From: Auanema rhodensis
Taxonomy: Eukaryota; Animalia; Nematoda
NCBI GenBank assembly: GCA_964057225.1
Contig: OZ059898.1
Span: 8,060,001-8,124,000 of the forward strand
Length of the DNA stretch: 64,000 bases
Reading direction: 5' to 3'
The notes under the pieces were generated by a model, which worked only from the letters and a program-made list of their open reading frames with translations, was not told the DNA's origin and ran no database searches. Positions within the stretch are counted from its first letter, which is position 1, and each line of letters opens with the position of its first letter. This document shows positions 28,301 to 39,600 of this stretch, one piece after another. The position numbers were made by a program, and so were the translations under genes.

Positions 28301-30733
28301 GAATCTGTATAATTTTTTTAAATTGCTTCATTTTGATTTTCGCTTTTTCCAGGTAATGTGTGATAGCATACTAACTACCTATTCTCGTGATTCATCTTCT
28401 AAGTTAAAGCTTATTGCTTCATCTTATCTACATGCTAATTACACTTGGCAAGGACCTCTGCTCAGCAGCGTTTCATATTCTCACATACGAGAGACCGGCT
28501 ATTCTGCTTCTTCCTTCTCTTATGAATATGACGACATGTTCCGGCCCATCTCCATTCACTGCACTATCCATGGCATAGCCATCGAACCGATACGAATGGC
28601 TTATGACGATCGATCATCAGTTTTGAATGAAATTCAAGGATACCAAATTCTTCAAGAAATGTTGTTGAAGCGAATTCAGGGATCAAATGTAAGTATTATT
28701 CTTACACATTATAGTTTTAATCCAGTGAGAAATTTAGATGGTTTTTGAAACAACTTCTGATACGTATATGCGGAAAGTATCAACTAAAGTTGTGCTTGGA
28801 GAAATTCGTATAACACATTCCATATCAAGAGATATAGGAGGGCGAGTAGTTTCTAATGAATGGCATTCTTCCTTGGGATCAAAGAAGGAATCATATGAAT
28901 ATGATAATATTGGTCGAATTGTTTCTTTGACTTCTGCTGGTAATCGTCACGTTCTTTCTTACAATCATGACGGAAGACCGATCACATCCGGTGATGTCAT
29001 GTTTGAATGGCATGCTGGTGGTGTTCCTAAGCGTGCAAATCAAACAGAATATGCTGTTGATGGCAACGGATGGGTCATTAGGCGAGGTACAAATTTCTAC
29101 TTCTAATCATATTCTTAATGTACTCTGTTTAGGTGGCATTGCATTTGAGTTGAATTGTGTTGGCAGGCTAGTTGGAGCTGTGCTAACCGATGGCTCTCGA
29201 TTGAAGATGACATATGACGAAGAAGGTCGTCTTAGTACTTTGCAGAAGGGATCTGTTGGTTATATTTTTATATAATATATTAAGGCTTGTTTTTTAGATC
29301 CTCCATAGTTACTTCTATGCTCTTCCTAATAAGAAGTTCCAAATTACCCATTTCACAACAACAGGAAGTGGGGTCTCGAGCATTTTATACGATGAAACTA
29401 ATACTCCCTTTGTACTTAATCGCGATGGTTACCGTTTTGCTCTTATGACTGATTCTCTTGGAAGTATTCGGTATGCCTTTTCTATTTTTTTTACATCTTT
29501 AAACAAAATTTTTCAGTTATGTTTTGTCCGAAAATACCATTGTTAAAGAAGTGTATCATAACATTCTTGGAGCTGTTATAAGTGATTCAGATTCTGAATT
29601 CTTCGTACCTATTGGATTCCGTGGAGGAATAGATATTCCTGAACTAGGCATCACGATTATAGAAGGAAGGCCACTTGACACTGTTATTGGTCGTTTCTTA
29701 TCATTTGGTCCAACGCAAGCAATTTCTATCAAGTTTGATTCCATTGATTCTTCTATGGATTTATTCTCTCTCCCACGTATCCAGGATAATCAACTACCTC
29801 TAGGTTTGTGTTTAATTCTTATTTTATCCTAACTGTGCTTTATTATTAAGATGTTGCATCTTGGTTCGAATTAGTAGGACTCTCTTCACGTCTTTTGCCT
29901 CCACTTCCTTTCAACATTAATTTGGGCGGCATTATATCTTCTCGAAGACTTTCTTCTTTCCCAACAACGTTCAAACAGTTTTCAACTCCCATCTCACTTG
30001 CTCCGTCTGCTCTGGTTGATACATCTTCATCCAGTATGTTGCCAGCGAACAATATCCAGTACACAAAAGAAGAGTCTGGATTTTACAACCTGTTTCTTCT
30101 TGTTCCTGATGTCAATACGGTATAATTCCAAACAAAATTTAGAAAACAGTATTTTTTCCAGACTATCTTGGAACCCTTGCCATCTTTATCAGCAGATGAT
30201 GAAGCTCTTCTTACATTGTTATTTAATCAAACTGTAGAGTTAAATTGGCGGCAATGGCATTCTGGATTTGAGAGACATTTTGTACGTCCTGTGATGCCCT
30301 CAACCTTAACATCTGAATCGCGATCTCATTTCACTATCATTGTGTCCAAAGAACAAGTTGAGCTCCGATCCGGAAAAGACAAAATCGTCGTTCATATCGG
30401 CAAGAAGGTTTGAGTAGAAATTTTGAATTTTTATTTAATATATAATTATTTCAGGAAGATATTGAGAAAGCTTTAGTGAATGATCTTAAAAGAAAGGATC
30501 AACCAGCGGTTTGGCGATCACAACTACGCAGAATTGAAAGAAAAGAATTATCCGTGCAACGCTGGACTGATGAACAGAAAAGGTACTATAATATATCAAC
30601 ACTAATATCTCAATATCTTTGTTGCAGATTATTAACAACTAGAGGAGCACTCGATAGTCATCATTTGGAATACGCGAACTATCTCAACGTTCGATTCCCC
30701 ACAGTTCACTGTTGGCGTATCGTAGCCAACTAA
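16381..30733 (+). CDS. ten-1: Teneurin (type II membrane protein: intracellular domain, TM, 8 EGF repeats, NHL propeller, YD/RHS shell, C-terminal toxin-like domain)
   Basis: N-terminus GPPPTW...DHDYENNYEDP; TM SLLVALLISLVIIVIL (~21320-21372); furin-like RVKR (~21860); EGF repeats ~22130-23280; ELDCHDGLDND|DELIDCDDPECC motif; NHL repeats (AGDGTAC...CGDGGFA); YD repeats; IGFRGGID; AVWRSQLRRIE...RWTDEQK. Many short GT-AG introns. Confidence 0.96.
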
Positions 30734-31187
30734 TAGTTACATAAATTAAAACTGATAGATTCTTACCCTACTCTACGGTTCTCGGTCCGATGCACTTACT
30801 TTTCAAAGTGGCATACTCATACACTAAAACGGGTTTATATATATCAAATATATATTTCATATTTTCAATTTTCCTGTACAAAGCAAAGTTCTATTAAACA
30901 GCAATTTTAAGTAATTGCGTTTTAACGGTTAAACTGTGACTGCAAACCATTTAATTGTTTTAAACAATAACAAATTTACTTTTATACACTTTAATAAATC
31001 GTATTGAATGACAATTTTTAGTTATTATAAGTTGAACTCAGACATAGGCATATGTGCTGCGGAGTATAAGAAAAAACCAACTTGTGGGATTTGAAATTAG
31101 GATTGAGAAAACAGAGTAATTGGATTATAAAGTAATAAAAAGTCAAAAAAGGAATGTTGAATTCAAATTTAATTAGGAAAAACAAAA

Positions 31188-31306
31188 AGCTTACGGCACC
31201 CGGGATTCCCAAGCCGTCTCCGATCCAAGTACTAACCGGGCCCAACGTTGCTTGACTTGCCAGATCGGACGGGATGGCGTACTTTCAACGTGGTATGGTC
31301 GTAAGC
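31188..31306 (-). rRNA. 5S rRNA copy 1
   Basis: Minus strand GCTTACGACCATACCACGTTGAAAGTACGCCATCCCGTCCGATCTGGCAAGTCAAGCAACGTTGGGCCCGGTTAGTACTTGGATCGGAGACGGCTTGGGAATCCCGGGTGCCGTAAGCT then TTTT. Closely resembles the C. elegans 5S sequence. Confidence 0.98.
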
Positions 31307-31662
31307 GATGCTCTTCCTCTATTAGTGTATCTAGTATCTACCACCATGCCATGGCTGTGCAACAGCTCTTATCGTTCATCAGTCGATAACTGATTCCCTG
31401 CACCTCCGGTAACACCGTCGTATATGAGGTTCTGTAGATATGCTCGTACATCGGGATCGTTAAAAATGTCAAACAAGCGGGAGTTTCACTGAGACAACTT
31501 CTCAGAGAAAGATGGTCGAGAGGGTCACAGAAACTTTCTGTACCGGGTAAACCACGACTCTCCAACTCCCCAATAAGTTCACCTTGCTCTGACGATCAAG
31601 ATCAGCATGCATAAAAGTCAAAAAAGGAATGTTAAATTCAAATTTAATTAGGAAAAACAAAA

Positions 31663-31781
31663 AGCTTACGGCACCCGGGATTCCCAAGCCGTCTCCGATC
31701 CAAGTACTAACCGGGCCCAACGTTGCTTGACTTGCCAGATCGGACGGGATGGCGTACTTTCAACGTGGTATGGTCGTAAGC
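31663..31781 (-). rRNA. 5S rRNA copy 2
   Basis: Same 119-nt sequence as copy 1. Confidence 0.98.
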
Positions 31782-32138
31782 GATGCTATTCCTCTATTAG
31801 TGTATCTAGTACCTACCACCATGCTACGGCTGTGCAACAGCTCTTATCGTTCATCAGTCGATAACTGATTCCCTGCACCTCCGGTAACACCAGTCGTATA
31901 TGAGGTTCTGTAGATATGCTCGTACATCGGGATCGTTAAAAATGTCAAACAAGCGGGAGTTTCACTGAGACAACTTCTCAGAGAAAGATGGTCGAGAGGG
32001 TCACAGAAACTTTCTGTACCGGGTAAACCACGACTCTCCAACTCCCCAATAAGTTCACCTTGCTCTGACGATCAAGATCAGCATGCATAAAAGTCAAAAA
32101 AGGAATGTTAAATTCAAATTTAATTAGGAAAAACAAAA

Positions 32139-32257
32139 AGCTTACGGCACCCGGGATTCCCAAGCCGTCTCCGATCCAAGTACTAACCGGGCCCAACGTT
32201 GCTTGACTTGCCAGATCGGACGGGATGGCGTACTTTCAACGTGGTATGGTCGTAAGC
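32139..32257 (-). rRNA. 5S rRNA copy 3
   Basis: Same 119-nt sequence as copy 1. Confidence 0.98.
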
Positions 32258-32613
32258 GATGCTCTTCCTCTATTAGTGTATCTAGTATCTACCACCATGC
32301 CATGGCTGTGCAACAGCTCTTATCGTTCATCAGTCGATAACTGATTCCCTGCACCTCCGGTAACACCGTCGTATATGAGGTTCTGTAGATATGCTCGTAC
32401 ATCGGGATCGTTAAAAATGTCAAACAAGCGGGAGTTTCACTGAGACAACTTCTCAGAGAAAGATGGTCGAGAGGGTCACAGAAACTTTCTGTACCGGGTA
32501 AACCACGACTCTCCAACTCCCCAATAAGTTCACCTTGCTCTGACGATCAAGATCAGCATGCATAAAAGTCAAAAAAGGAATGTTAAATTCAAATTTAATT
32601 AGGAAAAACAAAA

Positions 32614-32732
32614 AGCTTACGGCACCCGGGATTCCCAAGCCGTCTCCGATCCAAGTACTAACCGGGCCCAACGTTGCTTGACTTGCCAGATCGGACGGGA
32701 TGGCGTACTTTCAACGTGGTATGGTCGTAAGC
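32614..32732 (-). rRNA. 5S rRNA copy 4
   Basis: Same 119-nt sequence as copy 1. Confidence 0.98.
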
Positions 32733-33089
32733 GATGCTATTCCTCTATTAGTGTATCTAGTACCTACCACCATGCTACGGCTGTGCAACAGCTCTTATCG
32801 TTCATCAGTCGATAACTGATTCCCTGCACCTCCGGTAACACCAGTCGTATATGAGGTTCTGTAGATATGCTCGTACATCGGGATCGTTAAAAATGTCAAA
32901 CAAGCGGGAGTTTCACTGAGACAACTTCTCAGAGAAAGATGGTCGAGAGGGTCACAGAAACTTTCTGTACCGGGTAAACCACGACTCTCCAACTCCCCAA
33001 TAAGTTCACCTTGCTCTGACGATCAAGATCAGCATGCATAAAAGTCAAAAAAGGAATGTTAAATTCAAATTTAATTAGGAAAAACAAAA

Positions 33090-33208
33090 AGCTTACGGCA
33101 CCCGGGATTCCCAAGCCGTCTCCGATCCAAGTACTAACCGGGCCCAACGTTGCTTGACTTGCCAGATCGGACGGGATGGCGTACTTTCAACGTGGTATGG
33201 TCGTAAGC
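33090..33208 (-). rRNA. 5S rRNA copy 5
   Basis: Same 119-nt sequence as copy 1. Confidence 0.98.
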
Positions 33209-33564
33209 GATGCTCTTCCTCTATTAGTGTATCTAGTATCTACCACCATGCCATGGCTGTGCAACAGCTCTTATCGTTCATCAGTCGATAACTGATTCCC
33301 TGCACCTCCGGTAACACCGTCGTATATGAGGTTCTGTAGATATGCTCGTACATCGGGATCGTTAAAAATGTCAAACAAGCGGGAGTTTCACTGAGACAAC
33401 TTCTCAGAGAAAGATGGTCGAGAGGGTCACAGAAACTTTCTGTACCGGGTAAACCACGACTCTCCAACTCCCCAATAAGTTCACCTTGCTCTGACGATCA
33501 AGATCAGCATGCATAAAAGTCAAAAAAGGAATGTTAAATTCAAATTTAATTAGGAAAAACAAAA

Positions 33565-33683
33565 AGCTTACGGCACCCGGGATTCCCAAGCCGTCTCCGA
33601 TCCAAGTACTAACCGGGCCCAACGTTGCTTGACTTGCCAGATCGGACGGGATGGCGTACTTTCAACGTGGTATGGTCGTAAGC
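33565..33683 (-). rRNA. 5S rRNA copy 6
   Basis: Same 119-nt sequence as copy 1. Confidence 0.98.
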
Positions 33684-34040
33684 GATGCTATTCCTCTATT
33701 AGTGTATCTAGTACCTACCACCATGCTACGGCTGTGCAACAGCTCTTATCGTTCATCAGTCGATAACTGATTCCCTGCACCTCCGGTAACACCAGTCGTA
33801 TATGAGGTTCTGTAGATATGCTCGTACATCGGGATCGTTAAAAATGTCAAACAAGCGGGAGTTTCACTGAGACAACTTCTCAGAGAAAGATGGTCGAGAG
33901 GGTCACAGAAACTTTCTGTACCGGGTAAACCACGACTCTCCAACTCCCCAATAAGTTCACCTTGCTCTGACGATCAAGATCAGCATGCATAAAAGTCAAA
34001 AAAGGAATGTTAAATTCAAATTTAATTAGGAAAAACAAAA

Positions 34041-34159
34041 AGCTTACGGCACCCGGGATTCCCAAGCCGTCTCCGATCCAAGTACTAACCGGGCCCAACG
34101 TTGCTTGACTTGCCAGATCGGACGGGATGGCGTACTTTCAACGTGGTATGGTCGTAAGC
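34041..34159 (-). rRNA. 5S rRNA copy 7
   Basis: Same 119-nt sequence as copy 1. Confidence 0.98.
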
Positions 34160-34515
34160 GATGCTCTTCCTCTATTAGTGTATCTAGTATCTACCACCAT
34201 GCCATGGCTGTGCAACAGCTCTTATCGTTCATCAGTCGATAACTGATTCCCTGCACCTCCGGTAACACCGTCGTATATGAGGTTCTGTAGATATGCTCGT
34301 ACATCGGGATCGTTAAAAATGTCAAACAAGCGGGAGTTTCACTGAGACAACTTCTCAGAGAAAGATGGTCGAGAGGGTCACAGAAACTTTCTGTACCGGG
34401 TAAACCACGACTCTCCAACTCCCCAATAAGTTCACCTTGCTCTGACGATCAAGATCAGCATGCATAAAAGTCAAAAAAGGAATGTTAAATTCAAATTTAA
34501 TTAGGAAAAACAAAA

Positions 34516-34634
34516 AGCTTACGGCACCCGGGATTCCCAAGCCGTCTCCGATCCAAGTACTAACCGGGCCCAACGTTGCTTGACTTGCCAGATCGGACGG
34601 GATGGCGTACTTTCAACGTGGTATGGTCGTAAGC
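34516..34634 (-). rRNA. 5S rRNA copy 8
   Basis: Same 119-nt sequence as copy 1. Confidence 0.98.
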
Positions 34635-34990
34635 GATGCTATTCCTCTATTAGTGTATCTAGTACCTACCACCATGCTACGGCTGTGCAACAGCTCTTAT
34701 CGTTCATCAGTCGATAACTGATTCCCTGCACCTCCGGTAACACCGTCGTATATGAGGTTCTGTAGATATGCTCGTACATCGGGATCGTTAAAAATGTCAA
34801 ACAAGCGGGAGTTTCACTGAGACAACTTCTCAGAGAAAGATGGTCGAGAGGGTCACAGAAGCTTTCTGTACCGTGCTAAGCACGACTCCACAACTCCTCA
34901 ATAACTTCGCCTTGCTCTGACGATCAAGATCAGCATGCATAAAAGTCAAAAAAGGAATGTTAAATTCAAATTTAATTAGGAAAAACAAAA

Positions 34991-35109
34991 AGCTTACGGC
35001 ACCCGGGATTCCCAAGCCGTCTCCGATCCAAGTACTAACCGGGCCCAACGTTGCTTGACTTGCCAGATCGGACGGGATGGCGTACTTTCAACGTGGTATG
35101 GTCGTAAGC
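34991..35109 (-). rRNA. 5S rRNA copy 9
   Basis: Same 119-nt sequence as copy 1. Confidence 0.98.
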
Positions 35110-35465
35110 GATGCTATTCCTCTATTAGTGTATCTAGTACCTACCACCATGCTACGGCTGTGCAACAGCTCTTATCGTTCATCAGTCGATAACTGATTCC
35201 CTGCACCTCCGGTAACACCGTCGTATATGAGGTTCTGTAGATATGCTCGTACATCGGGATCGTTAAAAATGTCAAACAAGCGGGAGTTTCACTGAGACAA
35301 CTTCTCAGAGAAAGATGGTCGAGAGGGTCACAGAAACTTTCTGTACCGGGTAAACCACGACTCTCCAACTCCCCAATAAGTTCACCTTGCCCTGACGATC
35401 AAGATCAGCATGCATAAAAGTCAAAAAAGGAATGTTAAATTCAAATTTAATTAGGAAAAACAAAA

Positions 35466-35584
35466 AGCTTACGGCACCCGGGATTCCCAAGCCGTCTCCG
35501 ATCCAAGTACTAACCGGGCCCAACGTTGCTTGACTTGCCAGATCGGACGGGATGGCGTACTTTCAACGTGGTATGGTCGTAAGC
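35466..35584 (-). rRNA. 5S rRNA copy 10
   Basis: Same 119-nt sequence as copy 1. Confidence 0.98.
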
Positions 35585-35940
35585 GATGCTATTCCTCTAT
35601 TAGTGTATCTAGTACCTACCACCATGCTACGGCTGTGCAACAGCTCTTATCGTTCATCAGTCGATAACTGATTCCCTGCACCTCCGGTAACACCGTCGTA
35701 TATGAGGTTCTGTAGATATGCTCGTACATCGGGATCGTTAAAAATGTCAAACAAGCGGGAGTTTCACTGAGACAACTTCTCAGAGAAAGATGGTCGAGAG
35801 GGTCACAGAAACTTTCTGTACCGGGTAAACCACGACTCTCCAACTCCCCAATAAGTTCACCTTGCTCTGACGATCAAGATCAGCATGCATAAAAGTCAAA
35901 AAAGGAATGTTAAATTCAAATTTAATTAGGAAAAACAAAA

Positions 35941-36059
35941 AGCTTACGGCACCCGGGATTCCCAAGCCGTCTCCGATCCAAGTACTCACCGGGCCCAACG
36001 TTGCTTGACTTGCCAGATCGGACGGGATGGCGTACTTTCAACGTGGTATGGTCGTAAGC
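35941..36059 (-). rRNA. 5S rRNA copy 11 (variant U73G; retroelement inserted in its upstream flank)
   Basis: 5S sequence with one substitution at 35987 (AGTACTCACC vs AGTACTAACC). Confidence 0.95.
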
Positions 36060-36101
36060 GATGCTCTTCCTCTATTAGTGTATCTAGTATCTACCACCAT
36101 G

Positions 36102-36401
36102 TGTCGCGGTTAGCGATTATTTTTTATCCTTTTTTCTATGTTTTGTTCCATTTCAGTTTTGTTTTTATCGTTTTCCTTTACTTTGTCTATTTCAGATTGT
36201 ACTTTTCGGCCCGCCTTCCCATATCTTCATCTTTGGGATCGGAAAATACGATATACCTCAACTTACTTCAACGGAGTATAGACGATCTATATTTTGTTGA
36301 TATTGTTAACTTTCTCTTTAATAAAGCATTCTACCACTGATTATTTGTTATTCGAATCTCAGCGGAAAACTATCACACGGAATACCTTCGCCGAAGCGAC
36401 A
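36102..36401 (+). repeat. 5' LTR (300 bp)
   Basis: TG...CA with a 6-bp terminal inverted repeat; AATAAA at ~36320; matches 45162-45461. Confidence 0.97.
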
Positions 36402-36402
36402 T

Positions 36403-36415
36403 TGGTGCATCGACC
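36403..36415 (+). promoter_or_regulatory. Primer binding site complementary to the tRNA-Gly(GCC) 3' end
   Basis: TGGTGCATCGACC lies 1 nt after the LTR and is the reverse complement of ...GGTCGATGCACCA (tRNA-Gly acceptor end plus CCA). Confidence 0.85.
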
Positions 36416-36684
36416 ATCACGACTCAGGTCACTGCTTCAACAGGTACTTTATCATTTAATTTGGTGGCGACTCTTAAGTCCATCAGCTCAGGCGTGAATT
36501 TGCCTGCAGTAATCGATATAATTTCGGAGCATAATAACGCTCCAAGATACGACAAGTCGTATATCTCATACTCATTTGTTGTACTTTGTACAACTTTCAA
36601 TTCTTGTTCTCTCTCATTTTCTGAATTTTATTCATCATTATCAGCTATAGAAGCTTACCTATTACGCCTCACACAGCGTTAGAA

Positions 36685-39600
36685 ATGGCCTCCTCATATG
36701 TTGGCGACATTCGTCGTTCATACGACTTCTTATCCGTTTTGCTCAAACGTTACGCAAATCTTCTCGACAACGAACCCGCCGGGGTATCTGATTCAGAAAT
36801 AACATACGATAGAATTATTTTACTGCAATCAACTTTACGCAATCATGAATTGGTATTGAACGAGCTCTCTACTGCTCTCGACACAGTGAACAGAAACATA
36901 GAAAAATTCCAAACCGTTTTCAAAGATTCTGATAAGGATCTTCGAAACGAAATGAAAGCATTATACGAAGAACTTGAAGAAAATCCAAACAATCGTCAAG
37001 CTTACAATATAGCTGACGAACAAAGATTATTACTCCTTGACCGTATCAGTCATATTAAAACAGCAATTGCATTCGTGGAATCACTACTTCCCGAGAAAAA
37101 GAAAGAAAAAGTAATCGAAAGCACTGGTACCGAAACAACACAAATTTATTCAAATTTATTACAATTGTTACAAACAAGCAATCATATTCAACGTCCGGTA
37201 ACACAAATACCGACTTTCGATGGTACACCCGAAAATTTCAAACTGTATTGGTCAAGATTTAATAACATGATACATCAAAATTCACAATATTCCATACTTG
37301 ATAAAGTGAACATTTTACTCGAAGGCTTATCCGATAAAGCTTTGGTCGTTATAAGGGGTATTGAACCTAATGAAAACAACTATCTCTTACTGAGAAAAGC
37401 ACTTGAAAATGCATATATGAGATATGCTACAGATAAACTTCAATTATTGAGGAAAATGAAAAATTTATCTCCTGCTTCTGATGCAAAAAGCTGTAAGCAA
37501 TTATTTGATTTGATCCAAAGCTATGATCGTCAAATTACAGCCGCTGGAAGTCATATTGGTCCTGAATTTTTCTTTGCTATTTGCGCTGAAAAATTTCCTC
37601 ATTATATAATGAGTGAACTATATCGTCAACCAGATCCTCTAGATCAATCAATGGATGACATTTATCAACATCTCTCTTCACGAATTTATGAATTCAGTTT
37701 AATGGACACTAGAAAACGAAATTCAGAACATGACTCACATAATTCACCAAATCGTGGAAAACATGTTGATAAAACTTTCGACAAATCCACTAAAAAAATT
37801 TGGACTTGTGTTTTTTGTGGTAAAGAAGGACATCCATCTTATTATTGCCGTACTTATGACACACCACAGAAAAAACGTGAAATCTTAAAGAACAAAGAAG
37901 TATGCTGGCTTTGTTTCTCTACTTCACATCGCAGTCGTGATTGTTCTCGACCGAAATGCCCGAAATGCAAAAATGAGCACAACAGTTGCTTATGTCTAAA
38001 TTTAGATCGTGAAACAAAGAGTCCTGTAAAACCTATATCGTCCACAAGCATGATCATAACAGAAAGTGCAGGACAACAAACTCCAGACCTTACAGTCTCA
38101 CAAAATAAAAATGACATCATTTCTACACCAACTGTATCACAAACAGTACCTACAGTACAACCAGCATTTTTCAATCATCTACCAGTAACATTAATAGTTA
38201 CTGAACCTAAGAATACACAATTACAATTGCTTACACATACCGAGGATACCCATGATATCGAGATGAGTCAAATTGTATTGAAAACAGCTATGACACATAT
38301 ATTCAGTTACACACAAAATAAATATATCACAGTAAAGGTAGTGATTGACAGTGGCTCTATGCGGTCTTTCATACGTAGTGATATAGCTAAGGATCTTCAA
38401 TTGCCTATTAACAAAGTTCAACATCGCACATTCTTTGGAATAGGTGGCCTCAGCGAAACACATGAATGTAAAGAAGTGAAAACTATTTTTTATACTTCTA
38501 ATGGCAGTATCATCATAACCAACATGCTTACGAAACCATTCATAGCTACATCATTAAGAGCTCCACTTTTAGACAATAATGATCGTTCATTCATTAAAAG
38601 AAACAATATAACTTTAGCTAATCCAATGATTGATGGTCAGGCATTTGAACCAGATATTCTAATTGGATTAGATCGCTATAAGTTATTCGTTCATATGAAT
38701 TCTGAACTTGAGTTACCCTCTACATTACGAATGCAGAATACCAGTTTCGGTTATACCTTGTATGGGGAAATACCATATCAAAATCATTCTGTTACGTTAA
38801 TAACAATTAATGATAAACCATTACAACATAATGATATGCTTCGATACATATTTGAAATTGATAGCTTAGGAATTAATACTTCTGAAGCTGGAATTGACAC
38901 AACTATTGATTATTACGAAGATTATTCAAAACAGTTGACACTAACCAATCATCGTATTGAAGCTCCTTTACCATTGAAATCAAATTATCATCAATTACCA
39001 GATAATAAAGGTTTAGCCTTTTATCGATTTTTGGCATTGTTCAAAACTTTACAAGCAAATCCTTCGAAATTGGAAATGTACAGGAAAATTATTGATGATT
39101 ATATCGATAACGGTATCATTGAAGAAGTTCCTTTTGAAACTTCCAACAATAATCATAATTCTGATATTATATGTCATTATATTCCACATCATGGGGTATG
39201 GAATACAAACAAGCCGAATAAACCTTTACGAGTTGTTTTCGATGCTTCAGCTAAAACTAAGGGTAAATTATCCCTTAACGACATACTATATACTGGAAAA
39301 AGTTTTGTGAACAATATTTTCAACATTCTCATTGCTTCAAGAATAAAACCAATCATTATTACTTGTGATATTCAATCAGCCTTTTTACAAGTAGGCTTAC
39401 AGAAGCAACATCGGGATCTTTGCCGTTTCTTTTGGGTAAAGGATCCTCAAGGAAGTTGTAACTCAAGTAATACTAAGGTTTTTCGATTCAAACGCATACC
39501 ATTTGGATTGACTGCCTCACCTAGCATTCTAAACATGAGTGTAAATTGGTATTTAAGCTCTTTGAATACTGACTTATCAGATGAAATATTAAATACATTA

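Noticed and set aside
31525-31556. Minus-strand GGTTTACCCGGTACAGAAAG resembling an SL2 leader
   Set aside because: No AG|GT donor follows, there is no Sm site, and the motif is destroyed in the BC spacer variant.
36005-36682. ORFs across the 5S/LTR junction and leader (also 45103-45400)
   Set aside because: T-rich LTR sequence read in stop-poor frames; no coding signature.
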